Shown here in pieces: positions 56,026 through 64,000 of a stretch of 64,000 bases of DNA. Both the position numbers and the translations under genes were made by a program. Origin of the DNA: Actinomycetota bacterium (GTDB lineage: Bacteria > Actinomycetota > Acidimicrobiia > Acidimicrobiales > CADCSY01); the NCBI GenBank assembly GCA_004366205.1, contig SIRW01000090.1:17055-81054 (forward strand). The letters run 5' to 3'. The notes beneath the pieces are model-generated. The model saw nothing but the letters and a program-made list of their open reading frames with translations, ran no database searches and was not told the DNA's origin. Position 1 is the stretch's first letter. The number at the start of each line of letters is the position of its first letter.

Positions 56026-56098
56026 CAGCCCCAACGGGATTCGAACCCGTGTCTCCACCTTGAGAGGGTGGTGTCCTAGGCCTCTAGGCGGTGGGGCC
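56026..56098 (-). tRNA. tRNA-Glu (anticodon CTC), no encoded CCA
   Basis: GGCCCCA/TGGGGCT acceptor stem; CCACC-CTCTCAA-GGTGG anticodon arm; ACGGG-TTCGAAT-CCCGT T arm. Confidence 0.9.
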
Positions 56099-56190
56099 GG
56101 GGGCCGGGTGTGACCCGGGCGAGTGTAGCGCGAGGGCCCTGCGGTCCCATCAGCGGCGCGGCGTGCCGGGTCCGCCCTGGCGCCGGCCCG

Positions 56191-57369
56191 TCAGCCACGC
56201 CGCCGGGTGCCCGTGGTGAAACCCAGGACGGCTGCGGCGAAGAGCAGCAGAGCGCCGAGCACGTAGACGAGCCGGATCCCCAGCAGGTCGGCGACGAGCC
56301 CGCCGGCGGCAAGCGACACGAGCCGACTGGCGTTCCAGGTCACGTCGTAGAACGCGAAGACGCGGCCCCGGGCCGCCGGAGGAACCAACGTCTGCAGGGT
56401 GGACTGGTATGCGACCATGCCGGTCGAGGTGGACATGCCGTAGGCGACGAGCCCGGCGCCGGCGACGACGGCGTTCGGCACCGCGGCCAGGGTGAGGTCG
56501 ACGCCCCCGCGCACGGCGAACGGGCCGAACAGCCACCGGCGGTCCCCGGCCCGGATCCAGCGCCGGAAGAGCACCGGTCCCAGTGCGGCACCGGCGCCGA
56601 TGGCGCCGAGCAGGGTTCCGAACCCACCCGGCCCTACGCCCAACCACCGTTCGGCGAGCACCACCAGCAGGCCACCGGTGGCGCCAGCCGAGAGCGAGGC
56701 GAGCACCTGGACGACGGCCAGCCGGGAGAGCAACGCGTCGGCGCGCACGGAGCGGACGCCGCCCAGCACCGCTTCCCAACCCCGCTCCGTGACCTCCGCC
56801 GGCGCGCGGCCCGCCCCGAGCCCCCCGAGGAGCAGCGCCGAGGCGATGAAGGTTCCGGCGTTCACGGCAAAGGCGGCCTCGACGCCGTACGCGACGATGA
56901 CCACGCCGGCCGTCGGAGCCAGCGCGACCTGGGCGAGGACGGCGGTGCTCCACAGGGTGCTGTTGGCGGTGACGACGTCCTCGTCGCTCACCACCTCCGG
57001 CAGCAGCGACCCGGCGGCCGGGTTGAAGACCACCGCGCCGGCGGAGAGGCCGAAGGCGACGGCGTAGGCCACCCCGACCTGGTCGGTGACGGCGACGAGC
57101 ACGAGGGCGCACGCCGCCCGGAACAGGTCAGCGGCGATCATCAACCGCCGTCGGGGCAGCCGGTCCGCCGCCAACCCGGCGACCGGCGCGAGCAGCAGCA
57201 CGGGCGCCACCTCGAACATCACCGCGCCGGCGACACCCAGGCCTGAACCCGTCAGGTGGAACACCAGCACGACCAGGGCGACCGTGTTGAAGGCGTCCCC
57301 CGCGCGCGACACCGAGTGTGCCAGGAACAGCCGGCGGAACTCGCCGTTGCGGCGGAGGAGTGCGATCAG
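56191..57369 (-). CDS. MFS transporter (MFS_3/DHA3-like)
   Basis: FRRLF..S..GD, G.AADRLPRRRLM.AAD and RGRVF motifs; start inferred at a CTG overlapping the upstream stop. Confidence 0.88.
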   Translation of the reverse strand: MIALLRRNGEFRRLFLAHSVSRAGDAFNTVALVVLVFHLTGSGLGVAGAVMFEVAPVLLLAPVAGLAADRLPRRRLMIAADLFRAACALVLVAVTDQVGVAYAVAFGLSAGAVVFNPAAGSLLPEVVSDEDVVTANSTLWSTAVLAQVALAPTAGVVIVAYGVEAAFAVNAGTFIASALLLGGLGAGRAPAEVTERGWEAVLGGVRSVRADALLSRLAVVQVLASLSAGATGGLLVVLAERWLGVGPGGFGTLLGAIGAGAALGPVLFRRWIRAGDRRWLFGPFAVRGGVDLTLAAVPNAVVAGAGLVAYGMSTSTGMVAYQSTLQTLVPPAARGRVFAFYDVTWNASRLVSLAAGGLVADLLGIRLVYVLGALLLFAAAVLGFTTGTRRRG

Positions 57370-57785
57370 CGGCGCAGCTTGCTGTCGGGGGGCTCCCAGT
57401 CGGCGGGGCGCTCCTTGTGGTTGGAGAACTCCACCGACCACTGCCACCAGCTCTTGTCCTCCGCGTGGCGCCAGGCGGTGAGCACGCCGACCTCGCCGCC
57501 GGGGAGCAGGACCGGCAGCCCGAGGTGGCTGTCGTCGGGCCACACCTCACGTCGCTCGACGCCGTCGCCGGCGAGGACCAGCTCGGTGATCGGCGAGTAC
57601 TCCCCCTCGCGCTCGGCGGCGCCGCGGGCGACGACGGTGTCGTCGTCGGCGACCACCTCGATCTCGAGCTGGCCGGGTGCGGCGTGCACCAGCACCCGCC
57701 GGAGGTCACCTGCGGTCAGGCACCGGGCGAACTCGAGGCCGTTCATGCCGCCGTCACCGCTGCGGAGGTTCCAGGTCCAGTTCAT
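57366..57785 (-). CDS. Trp-rich hypothetical protein
   Basis: DGGMNGLEF..VLVHAAP..WP..LPGGEVG.L..W..W.W.VEF; coupled to the MFS gene. Confidence 0.75.
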   Translation of the reverse strand: MNWTWNLRSGDGGMNGLEFARCLTAGDLRRVLVHAAPGQLEIEVVADDDTVVARGAAEREGEYSPITELVLAGDGVERREVWPDDSHLGLPVLLPGGEVGVLTAWRHAEDKSWWQWSVEFSNHKERPADWEPPDSKLRR

Positions 57786-57832
57786 GCCCCTGCCCTATCC
57801 CACGGCGGGGTCCGCGAAACGACGGGCACGCG

Positions 57833-58162
57833 TCAGGCGATGGTGAACAGCCGGGAGAGCCCGCTGATCTCGAGGAGCTTGCGGACCTGGTCGGATGGGC
57901 GCCGCAAGGTGACGACGCCCTGGTTCTCCTTGCTGTGCTTGAGCGTGTGGACGAGCGCGGACAGCCCGCTCGAGTCGATGAACGCCACACCGGCCAGGTC
58001 GATGACGACGTGGCGCCCGCCGAGGTCACCCACCTCCTCGATGCGGGCGCGGAGCACCTCGCTGGTGTAGAGGTCGAGCTCGCCGGCGAGCTCGACCTCC
58101 ACGCGCGATCCCGACTCGGTCACCTCGCATCGGAAGGCCGGGGGGTTCCCGGTGGGGCTCAT
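57833..58162 (-). CDS. STAS-domain anti-sigma factor antagonist
   Basis: GELD, DLAGVAFIDSSGL; ATGA overlap with the upstream gene. Confidence 0.92.
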   Translation of the reverse strand: MSPTGNPPAFRCEVTESGSRVEVELAGELDLYTSEVLRARIEEVGDLGGRHVVIDLAGVAFIDSSGLSALVHTLKHSKENQGVVTLRRPSDQVRKLLEISGLSRLFTIA

Positions 58163-59814
58163 GCGATTCCTCCTGCGTCGGCGAGCGGGAGCACGCCGCG
58201 CACGATCGCCCGGACGAGCGTCACCCCGTGGCGCCGCTCGACCACCACGTCGTCGACCAGGCCCCGCACGATGAACAGGCCCCGCCCCCGCTCGCCCTCG
58301 AGCGCCGGGAGCTCGTCGGCCGGCGGGAGCTCCCCGCTCAGCCCGGCGCCGTCGTCCTCGGCCTCGACGACCACGTCGGCGCCCTCGACCCAGGCCCGCA
58401 GGCAGCACGAGCCCTCGGCACCGCTGGAGGCCCGCAGCGCGTTGGTCGCCAGCTCGGACGCGACGAGCAGCAGGTCGTCGACCTGGCTCCTCTCGAGGGG
58501 CTGCGACGCCATCCACAGCGAGAAGAACGCCCGCACGAGGGGGATCGACACCGGCCGGGGCGAGAACCGGTACTCGAAGGCGCCGACCGGCGCAGCCGAG
58601 CTGGCCTCCTGCGGCGGCACCCGGCGGCGCAGCACGAGCGCGAGCGTGTCGTCGCGCCGCTCGGAGCCGGCGAGCGACCGCTCCACCAGCACCCGGGGAA
58701 GGTGCCGGGCCGGGTAGCGGGCGGTCTCGGCGGCCGCCTGCTTCAGCTCCTCGATGCCGCGGGCGATGTTGCGGGTCGCTTCGATCAGCCCGTCGGTGTA
58801 GAGGATCAGCGTGTCGAAGCGCCCGAGGTGCCGCTCGACGAGCACCTCGCTGCCGGCGTGCGGCCAGCCGACGGCGATCCCCGGGGCGGCGAGCTCCTCG
58901 ACCTCGCCGCCGGACCGCACGACGAGCGCCGGAGGGTGACTGGCGCCCGCCAGGAGCAGCCGGCCGGTGCTCGGGGTGTAGCGCCCGACGAGGAGCGTGG
59001 CGACGAGCTCGGGGTTGTGGGCGGCGAGCAGCTCGTGGGTGCGGCCGACCATCCGCTCCACGGGACAGCCGTCGAGGGCCAGGATCCGCAGAGCGTGCAC
59101 GACGGCCAGGGCGTGCTTGGTGGCCTGCACACCCTTGCCCAGCACGTCGACCACGCACAGGTGGAGGTCGCCGTCGGGCAGCACCTGCCAGTCGTAGAGG
59201 TCGCCGCCCGTGGCCTGGGCGGGATCCGCGGGGAGGTAGTGCACGGCGAGATCGGTCTCGGGCACGTCGGGGCGCGGCGGGCGGACGGCGGCCTGCAGCT
59301 GCTCCACGACGAGGCGCTGGAAGGCCTCGCGCTCCTCGGCGGCGAACAGCTGCAGCTCGTACTCGCCGAGGCGCTTCAGCTCGGTGGCGTCGCGGAACAG
59401 CACGACGACGCCGACGATCCGCTCGCCCTCGCGCACCGGCGCGGCCGTGAGCTCCGCCGGGAAGGGCTCACCGCCCTTGGGCTGCAGCTTCAGGTCGGCC
59501 CGCACCACCTGGCCGCCGTCGAGCGCGGCCCGCACGGGGCACCCGTCGCTCTCGGCGACCAGCTCCTCGAACGGAAGGCCCACCAGCTCGGCGCCGACAC
59601 CCGCGAGCAGCTCGACCGCCGCGGGGTTGGCGAAGGCGACACGGCCGTCGGGCTCGATGGCGAGGATGCCCTCCTGGGCGGCGGCGACGACGAGCTCGTG
59701 CCAGGAGGCGACGGTCCCCGTCGCGGCCCCGCCGCTGCTGCGGGGGCCGCGGCGCAGCAGGGCATCGAGGACCCCAGCCCCGCCGCCCGCCGGGCGTGCC
59801 GGCTGCGCATTCAC
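58159..59814 (-). CDS. PAS + PP2C (SpoIIE) phosphatase + HATPase_c fusion
   Basis: PAS FANPAA..FRDAT; GGDLYD, DVLGKG, YTDGL, RDD; SELATNAL, DDG.G and GRGL. Confidence 0.9.
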   Translation of the reverse strand: MNAQPARPAGGGAGVLDALLRRGPRSSGGAATGTVASWHELVVAAAQEGILAIEPDGRVAFANPAAVELLAGVGAELVGLPFEELVAESDGCPVRAALDGGQVVRADLKLQPKGGEPFPAELTAAPVREGERIVGVVVLFRDATELKRLGEYELQLFAAEEREAFQRLVVEQLQAAVRPPRPDVPETDLAVHYLPADPAQATGGDLYDWQVLPDGDLHLCVVDVLGKGVQATKHALAVVHALRILALDGCPVERMVGRTHELLAAHNPELVATLLVGRYTPSTGRLLLAGASHPPALVVRSGGEVEELAAPGIAVGWPHAGSEVLVERHLGRFDTLILYTDGLIEATRNIARGIEELKQAAAETARYPARHLPRVLVERSLAGSERRDDTLALVLRRRVPPQEASSAAPVGAFEYRFSPRPVSIPLVRAFFSLWMASQPLERSQVDDLLLVASELATNALRASSGAEGSCCLRAWVEGADVVVEAEDDGAGLSGELPPADELPALEGERGRGLFIVRGLVDDVVVERRHGVTLVRAIVRGVLPLADAGGIA

Positions 59815-59873
59815 CCGGCCAGTGTACCGACGCCCGCGCCCGGGCCGGGGAAGGCCGGGACCGGGGGTGACGC

Positions 59874-60731
59874 TCAGCCGCCGGCGGAGGCGCGCAGCGC
59901 CCGCAGGTGGTCGCTGGCCATGGCGTGCGCCCGGGTCATGAGCTCTTCGGAGCGGCTGAAGTCGTCGTAGCGGAGCTTCGCGGGCGGCACGACGGCCGGC
60001 AGCACGACGGCTTCGACCGTGGTCGGCAGGTTCCGCATGTCGAGGTGAAACCGGAACCCGCGCCCGATCGAGAACGCCTGGAGCAGCACGTCGAGCGGGC
60101 GCTTCGGTTCGGGCCGGGGCCGGAAGAAGTTGCCGACGTGCATCACCACCAGCCGCTCGGCACCCAGCGCCAGGGCCCGGCTGACCGGCACGTTGTCGAT
60201 CACGCCCCCGTCGATGTAGTCCTCACCGTCGATGGCGACGGGCGGGAACACGGCGGGCAGCGCCGCCGAGGCGAGGAGCGGAGCCGCGAGCGGACCCGAC
60301 CAGAACCAGCGCTCGGCGGAGCGGGCGAGGGACACGGCCACGCACTGGAACGGCACCTGGAGGTCCTCGAACCGCTCGGGCAGGTGCGCCTCGAGGACCG
60401 CCCGGAGGCCGTCGTTCGTGTGCAGGGCCTTGCCCTTGCGCAGCAGCAGCCACGGTCCCGCCAGCCGGCCCGACGGCCAGATGCCGCCGTCGTCGAGGCT
60501 CCGCCACAGCTCGGCCAGCTGCTCGACGCCTTCGAGCGTCGGGTCGGCGGCGATGGCGGCGCCGTTGAGCGCCCCCGCCGAGCACCCGACGATCAGGTCG
60601 GGCACGAGCCCGTGCTCGAGGGCGGCCCGCAGCATCCCCACCTGCATGGCACCGAGGTTCCCGCCCCCACCCAGCACGAAGGCCGTGCGGGGGTGGCGCC
60701 CCCCCAGCGGTAGCGATCGAACCACCGCCAT
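59874..60731 (-). CDS. Patatin-like phospholipase
   Basis: GGGGNLG, GCSAG and DGG motifs. Confidence 0.92.
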   Translation of the reverse strand: MAVVRSLPLGGRHPRTAFVLGGGGNLGAMQVGMLRAALEHGLVPDLIVGCSAGALNGAAIAADPTLEGVEQLAELWRSLDDGGIWPSGRLAGPWLLLRKGKALHTNDGLRAVLEAHLPERFEDLQVPFQCVAVSLARSAERWFWSGPLAAPLLASAALPAVFPPVAIDGEDYIDGGVIDNVPVSRALALGAERLVVMHVGNFFRPRPEPKRPLDVLLQAFSIGRGFRFHLDMRNLPTTVEAVVLPAVVPPAKLRYDDFSRSEELMTRAHAMASDHLRALRASAGG

Positions 60732-60814
60732 GTGCTCCCTCCTGGCTCAAGGGTACGCATCTGCGCCGGTCGTGGCCAGGGGCCCGGACGCAGCGCCCCG
60801 GGGCGTGGCGACGG

Positions 60815-61753
60815 TCAGGTGACCTCGAGGGGCGGGAGGGACGCGGCGATCTCGGCGCGGCGGGGCTCGAGCCAGGGCGGCAGCTGCAGCGTCTCGCCGA
60901 GGCGCTCGGCGGGCTCATCGACGGTGAAGCCGGGCGCGTCGGTGGCGATCTCGAACAGCACGCCGCCGGGCTCCCGGAAGTAGATCGAGCGGAAGTACTT
61001 GCGGTCGATGACCGGGGTGACGTCGAGGCCGGCCTCGGCGATCTCCTCGCGCCACGCCGCTTGCGTCTCCTCGTCGGGGGCGCGCCAGGCCACGTGGTGC
61101 ACGGTGCCGGCCGCGACCAGGCCGCGCGGCGCGTCGGGGTGGGGCACCACGTCGACCAGCTGCCCAGCGCCGCCATCGCCCACGGCGAACCGGGTGCGGC
61201 CGGCCTCCTCGCCCACCACGTGGAACCCGAGCGTGCCGGCGAGCACGTGGGCGGTGGCCTCGAACCCCTCCTCGGTCATGGTCACGGCGTGAAAGCCCCG
61301 GACGGCGTGCTCACCGGGCACGGGACCGTCCTGGGGCGGCTCGGCGACCGCGCCCTTGTGAGCGACAAGCTCGAGCAGCAGGCCGTCGGGATCCTCGAAG
61401 GCGACGACCTCCTCGTCGAACCGGGTCACCGGCTCGGTCACACCGATGCCGAGGGCGGCGAGCCGGTCGCGCCACCACCCGATCGAGCCGGGGGGGACGG
61501 TGAAGGCGGTGGCGGTGGCCTGGCCGGTGCCCCGCCGGCCCGACGGGCTGCCCGGCCACGGGAAGAACGTGAGGACCGTGCCCGGGTGGCCGACCTCGTC
61601 GCCGTAGTACAGGTGGTAGGTGTCGGGCGCGTCGAAGTTGACGGTCTGCTTGATCATCCGCAGGCCGAGCACCTCGCGGTAGAAGTCGACGTTGCGCTGG
61701 GGCTCGCCCGCGACGGCCGTGACGTGGTGGATGCCGAGGGGCTGGACGCTCAC
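60815..61753 (-). CDS. Ring-cleaving dioxygenase (VOC, MhqO-like)
   Basis: GIHHVT, TVNFD.P..YHLYY, VHHVAW and DRKYFRSIYFREPGG.LFEIAT motifs. Confidence 0.92.
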   Translation of the reverse strand: MSVQPLGIHHVTAVAGEPQRNVDFYREVLGLRMIKQTVNFDAPDTYHLYYGDEVGHPGTVLTFFPWPGSPSGRRGTGQATATAFTVPPGSIGWWRDRLAALGIGVTEPVTRFDEEVVAFEDPDGLLLELVAHKGAVAEPPQDGPVPGEHAVRGFHAVTMTEEGFEATAHVLAGTLGFHVVGEEAGRTRFAVGDGGAGQLVDVVPHPDAPRGLVAAGTVHHVAWRAPDEETQAAWREEIAEAGLDVTPVIDRKYFRSIYFREPGGVLFEIATDAPGFTVDEPAERLGETLQLPPWLEPRRAEIAASLPPLEVT

Positions 61754-61762
61754 GCGCCAACG

Positions 61763-62632
61763 CTACCGGCGTTCGCGCAGCAGCGTCCGAGCCAGGGCGT
61801 CGAGGAGGAAGCCCACGAAGCCGACGAGCAGCACGATGGCGACGAGCTCGTCGTAGGCGAGGCGGTCCCGGGCGTTGAGGACGGCGAACCCGAGGCCGGA
61901 CTGCACGCCGAGCATCTCGGCGGGCACCAGCACGATCCAGCTGACGCCGAGGGCCAGGCGCAGGCCCGTGAGCACGTGCTGGCGCACGCCCGGCACGATG
62001 ACCGAGGCCAGCACCTCGCGCCGGGTCGCCCCGAGCGAGCGGGCCACGAGCACGAGCCGGCTGTCCAGGGCCCGCACGCCCGCCGCGGTGCTGAGGGTGA
62101 TCGGCCAGACGGCCGTGACGGCCACGATGAACTGCACGGGGCGGTCGCCGACGCCGAAGACCGCCACCGCGATCGGCGCCCAGGCCAGCGGCGACACCAT
62201 GCGCAGGAACTGCACGACCAGGGCCGACGCCCGCTCGGCGAGGGCGACGACGCCGAGCAGCAGGCCGAGCGGGACCCCGACGAGCACGGCGGCGCCGAGC
62301 CCGGTTCCCAGCCGGTAGACGCTCGCCCGCACGTGGGGCCATGCCTGCCCGCCGGTCAGCAGCTCCCACAGGGCCCGGAAGCCGTCGGCGGGGTTGAAGC
62401 GGGCCGCCAGCGTGCCGTCCCCGACGAGCACCGACGTCCACAGGTGCCAGATCCCGATGACCACGGCCACCGTCGCGAGCTGGAGGCCGGCGGTCCGCGC
62501 GCGGGCGGCGACGCTCTCGGCTCGCCGCCGGCGGATCCCGCCGCCGGGGAGGCTGCCCCCCAGGTCACCGACGTCGACGGGCCGGGGCCCGGCCGTGCGC
62601 TCGTCGCGGGCGGGAGCGGTGAGGTCGGTCAC
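61763..62632 (-). CDS. NitT/TauT-type ABC permease
   Basis: LR..SPLAW.P, ARSLGA and AEMLG..SGLG motifs. Confidence 0.9.
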   Translation of the reverse strand: MTDLTAPARDERTAGPRPVDVGDLGGSLPGGGIRRRRAESVAARARTAGLQLATVAVVIGIWHLWTSVLVGDGTLAARFNPADGFRALWELLTGGQAWPHVRASVYRLGTGLGAAVLVGVPLGLLLGVVALAERASALVVQFLRMVSPLAWAPIAVAVFGVGDRPVQFIVAVTAVWPITLSTAAGVRALDSRLVLVARSLGATRREVLASVIVPGVRQHVLTGLRLALGVSWIVLVPAEMLGVQSGLGFAVLNARDRLAYDELVAIVLLVGFVGFLLDALARTLLRERR

Positions 62633-62635
62633 GCG

Positions 62636-63853
62636 TCAGACCTCGATCGTCTCGGTGCGGGTCAGGTCCCCGGGTAGGCCGAAGGTGTCGGTTCCGACGA
62701 CCTCGAGGGCGGCACGCACGAAGCGGTCCTCGACCAGCTCGCCGTGGACCTCGGCAGGGACGAGCTCGTCGAGGAACGTGCGGTCCCCGGCCACCTCGGT
62801 CTCCTGCATGCGGCGCACGAGCTCCTCGGTGTAGGAGGGGAACGGGAACGGCGCGAACCCGATCCGGCGTGACCCCCACTCGGGGTGGCGGATCGCGCCG
62901 GTGGGACCGTAGTGCTCCACGTCGTAGTACGTGAGGGCCCGCTCGATGGCCGGCAGCGGCTGGGGCAGGTAGCCCTCGGCCAGGATCGAGGCGACCTCGG
63001 TCAGGTTGTCCCGCGCGAACGCCTGGGCGGTGACGACGGCGTTCACGAGCGACTGCACCGACGCGGGCTGGTCCTCGACCAGCTCGTCGCGCACCATCAC
63101 CACGCAGCACGCGTGGTCGCGCCACAGGTCGCCGGTGAAGCGCAGGATGCGGCCGACCTCCTGCACCTCGGCGGCGGCGTTGAAGGGGTCGGCCACGATG
63201 TAGCCGGCGATGCTGCCCCCGGCCAGGGCGGGAGGCATGTCGGGCGGGGGCATCACCACGAGCTTGACGGTGCGCTCGGCGGCCGACGCGTCGCCGTCGA
63301 TGACGGGCCGCAGGCCGGACTCGCGCAGCAGGATCTGCAGAGCCACGTTGTGGATCGAGTAGAAGAACGGGATCGCCACGGTCGTGCCCGCCAGGTCCTC
63401 GACCGTCTCGATGCCGGGGGCGACGGTCAACGCCGAGCCGTTGGTGTGGTTCCAGGCGACGATGCGGCCGGCCACGCCCTGGTCGAAGCGCAGCTGCACC
63501 CCGAGCGGCATGAGCACGTGCATGACGTCGATCTGGCGGGCCTGGAACGCCTCGGCGATGTCCGGCCAGCCGCGGAACAGGGTCGGGTCCGGCACGCTCA
63601 GGCCCTCGTCCTCGTAGTAGCCCTGGGCGTGGGCGACGAGCAGCGGGGTGGCGTCGGTGATCGGCAGGTAGCCCACCCGCAGCTGGGCGGCGGGCGTGGT
63701 GCCGGGATCGCCGGCGGTGTCCGGGCCGGTGCCGGCGTCCCCGCACGCGGCGAGCAGCCCACCGGCGCCGGCGACGACGCCGGTGGCGCCGAGGAGCCCC
63801 AGGAAGCGCCGACGGTCGATGCCGCCGGTCGTGAGCCGATGGTGGGGGTTCAC
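62636..63853 (-). CDS. NitT/TauT (NrtA/CmpA-like) substrate-binding lipoprotein, Tat-exported
   Basis: DRRRFL Tat motif plus LAAC lipobox; GYLPITDA, HTNGS, SIHN and HACC motifs. Confidence 0.9.
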   Translation of the reverse strand: MNPHHRLTTGGIDRRRFLGLLGATGVVAGAGGLLAACGDAGTGPDTAGDPGTTPAAQLRVGYLPITDATPLLVAHAQGYYEDEGLSVPDPTLFRGWPDIAEAFQARQIDVMHVLMPLGVQLRFDQGVAGRIVAWNHTNGSALTVAPGIETVEDLAGTTVAIPFFYSIHNVALQILLRESGLRPVIDGDASAAERTVKLVVMPPPDMPPALAGGSIAGYIVADPFNAAAEVQEVGRILRFTGDLWRDHACCVVMVRDELVEDQPASVQSLVNAVVTAQAFARDNLTEVASILAEGYLPQPLPAIERALTYYDVEHYGPTGAIRHPEWGSRRIGFAPFPFPSYTEELVRRMQETEVAGDRTFLDELVPAEVHGELVEDRFVRAALEVVGTDTFGLPGDLTRTETIEV

Positions 63854-64000
63854 GCGAGCAGCTCGTGGGCGAGCGAGCCGGCGGTGACCGGCTGCGGCGA
63901 GGCGCCGACGTCGGTGCGGAACCGGCTGCGGATCTCGGCGCTGACGTCCTGCGTGCGGGCGTCCCGGACCTCCCAGGTGTGCTCGATGCCGGCGGCCCCG
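63850..64000 (-). CDS. 3' end of an upstream gene, probably the ABC ATPase (partial)
   Basis: Open frame to the window edge; stop overlaps the SBP start (GTGA); identity inferred from operon context only. Confidence 0.45.
   Translation of the reverse strand, partial: GAAGIEHTWEVRDARTQDVSAEIRSRFRTDVGASPQPVTAGSLAHELLA

Overview
A very GC-rich actinobacterial chromosome segment; gene content and style suggest Acidimicrobiia (inference). Most of it is housekeeping and accessory genes: PBP, DinG, WhiB, PAS-GGDEF, zwf, acnA, map, ABC systems, a partner-switching module and tRNA-Glu(CTC). The largest structure is two convergent Mrp-type cation/H+ antiporter operons. One is a canonical mrpABCDEFG; the other is a 10-gene, MrpA-less cluster with three MrpD-like subunits. 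A PIN toxin-antitoxin pair is wedged between them. Two regions are rearranged or decayed. (i) At 45.2-48.4 kb, an apparent phosphotransferase gene is split by a patchwork: an inverted copy of an HTH gene 3' end, a DUF5655-like gene, an IS256 remnant, a doubly frameshifted DUF222-HNH gene and a RelE fragment. (ii) At 54.4-56.0 kb, an island relic lies at the 3' end of a tRNA-Glu that has non-canonical C8/C11. Several clear operator-like motifs are visible (dinG/whiB, GlxA/AdpA-like regulator, DosR-like boxes, TA promoters), and many genes appear leaderless. All family calls come from motif recognition by eye; no database searches were run.
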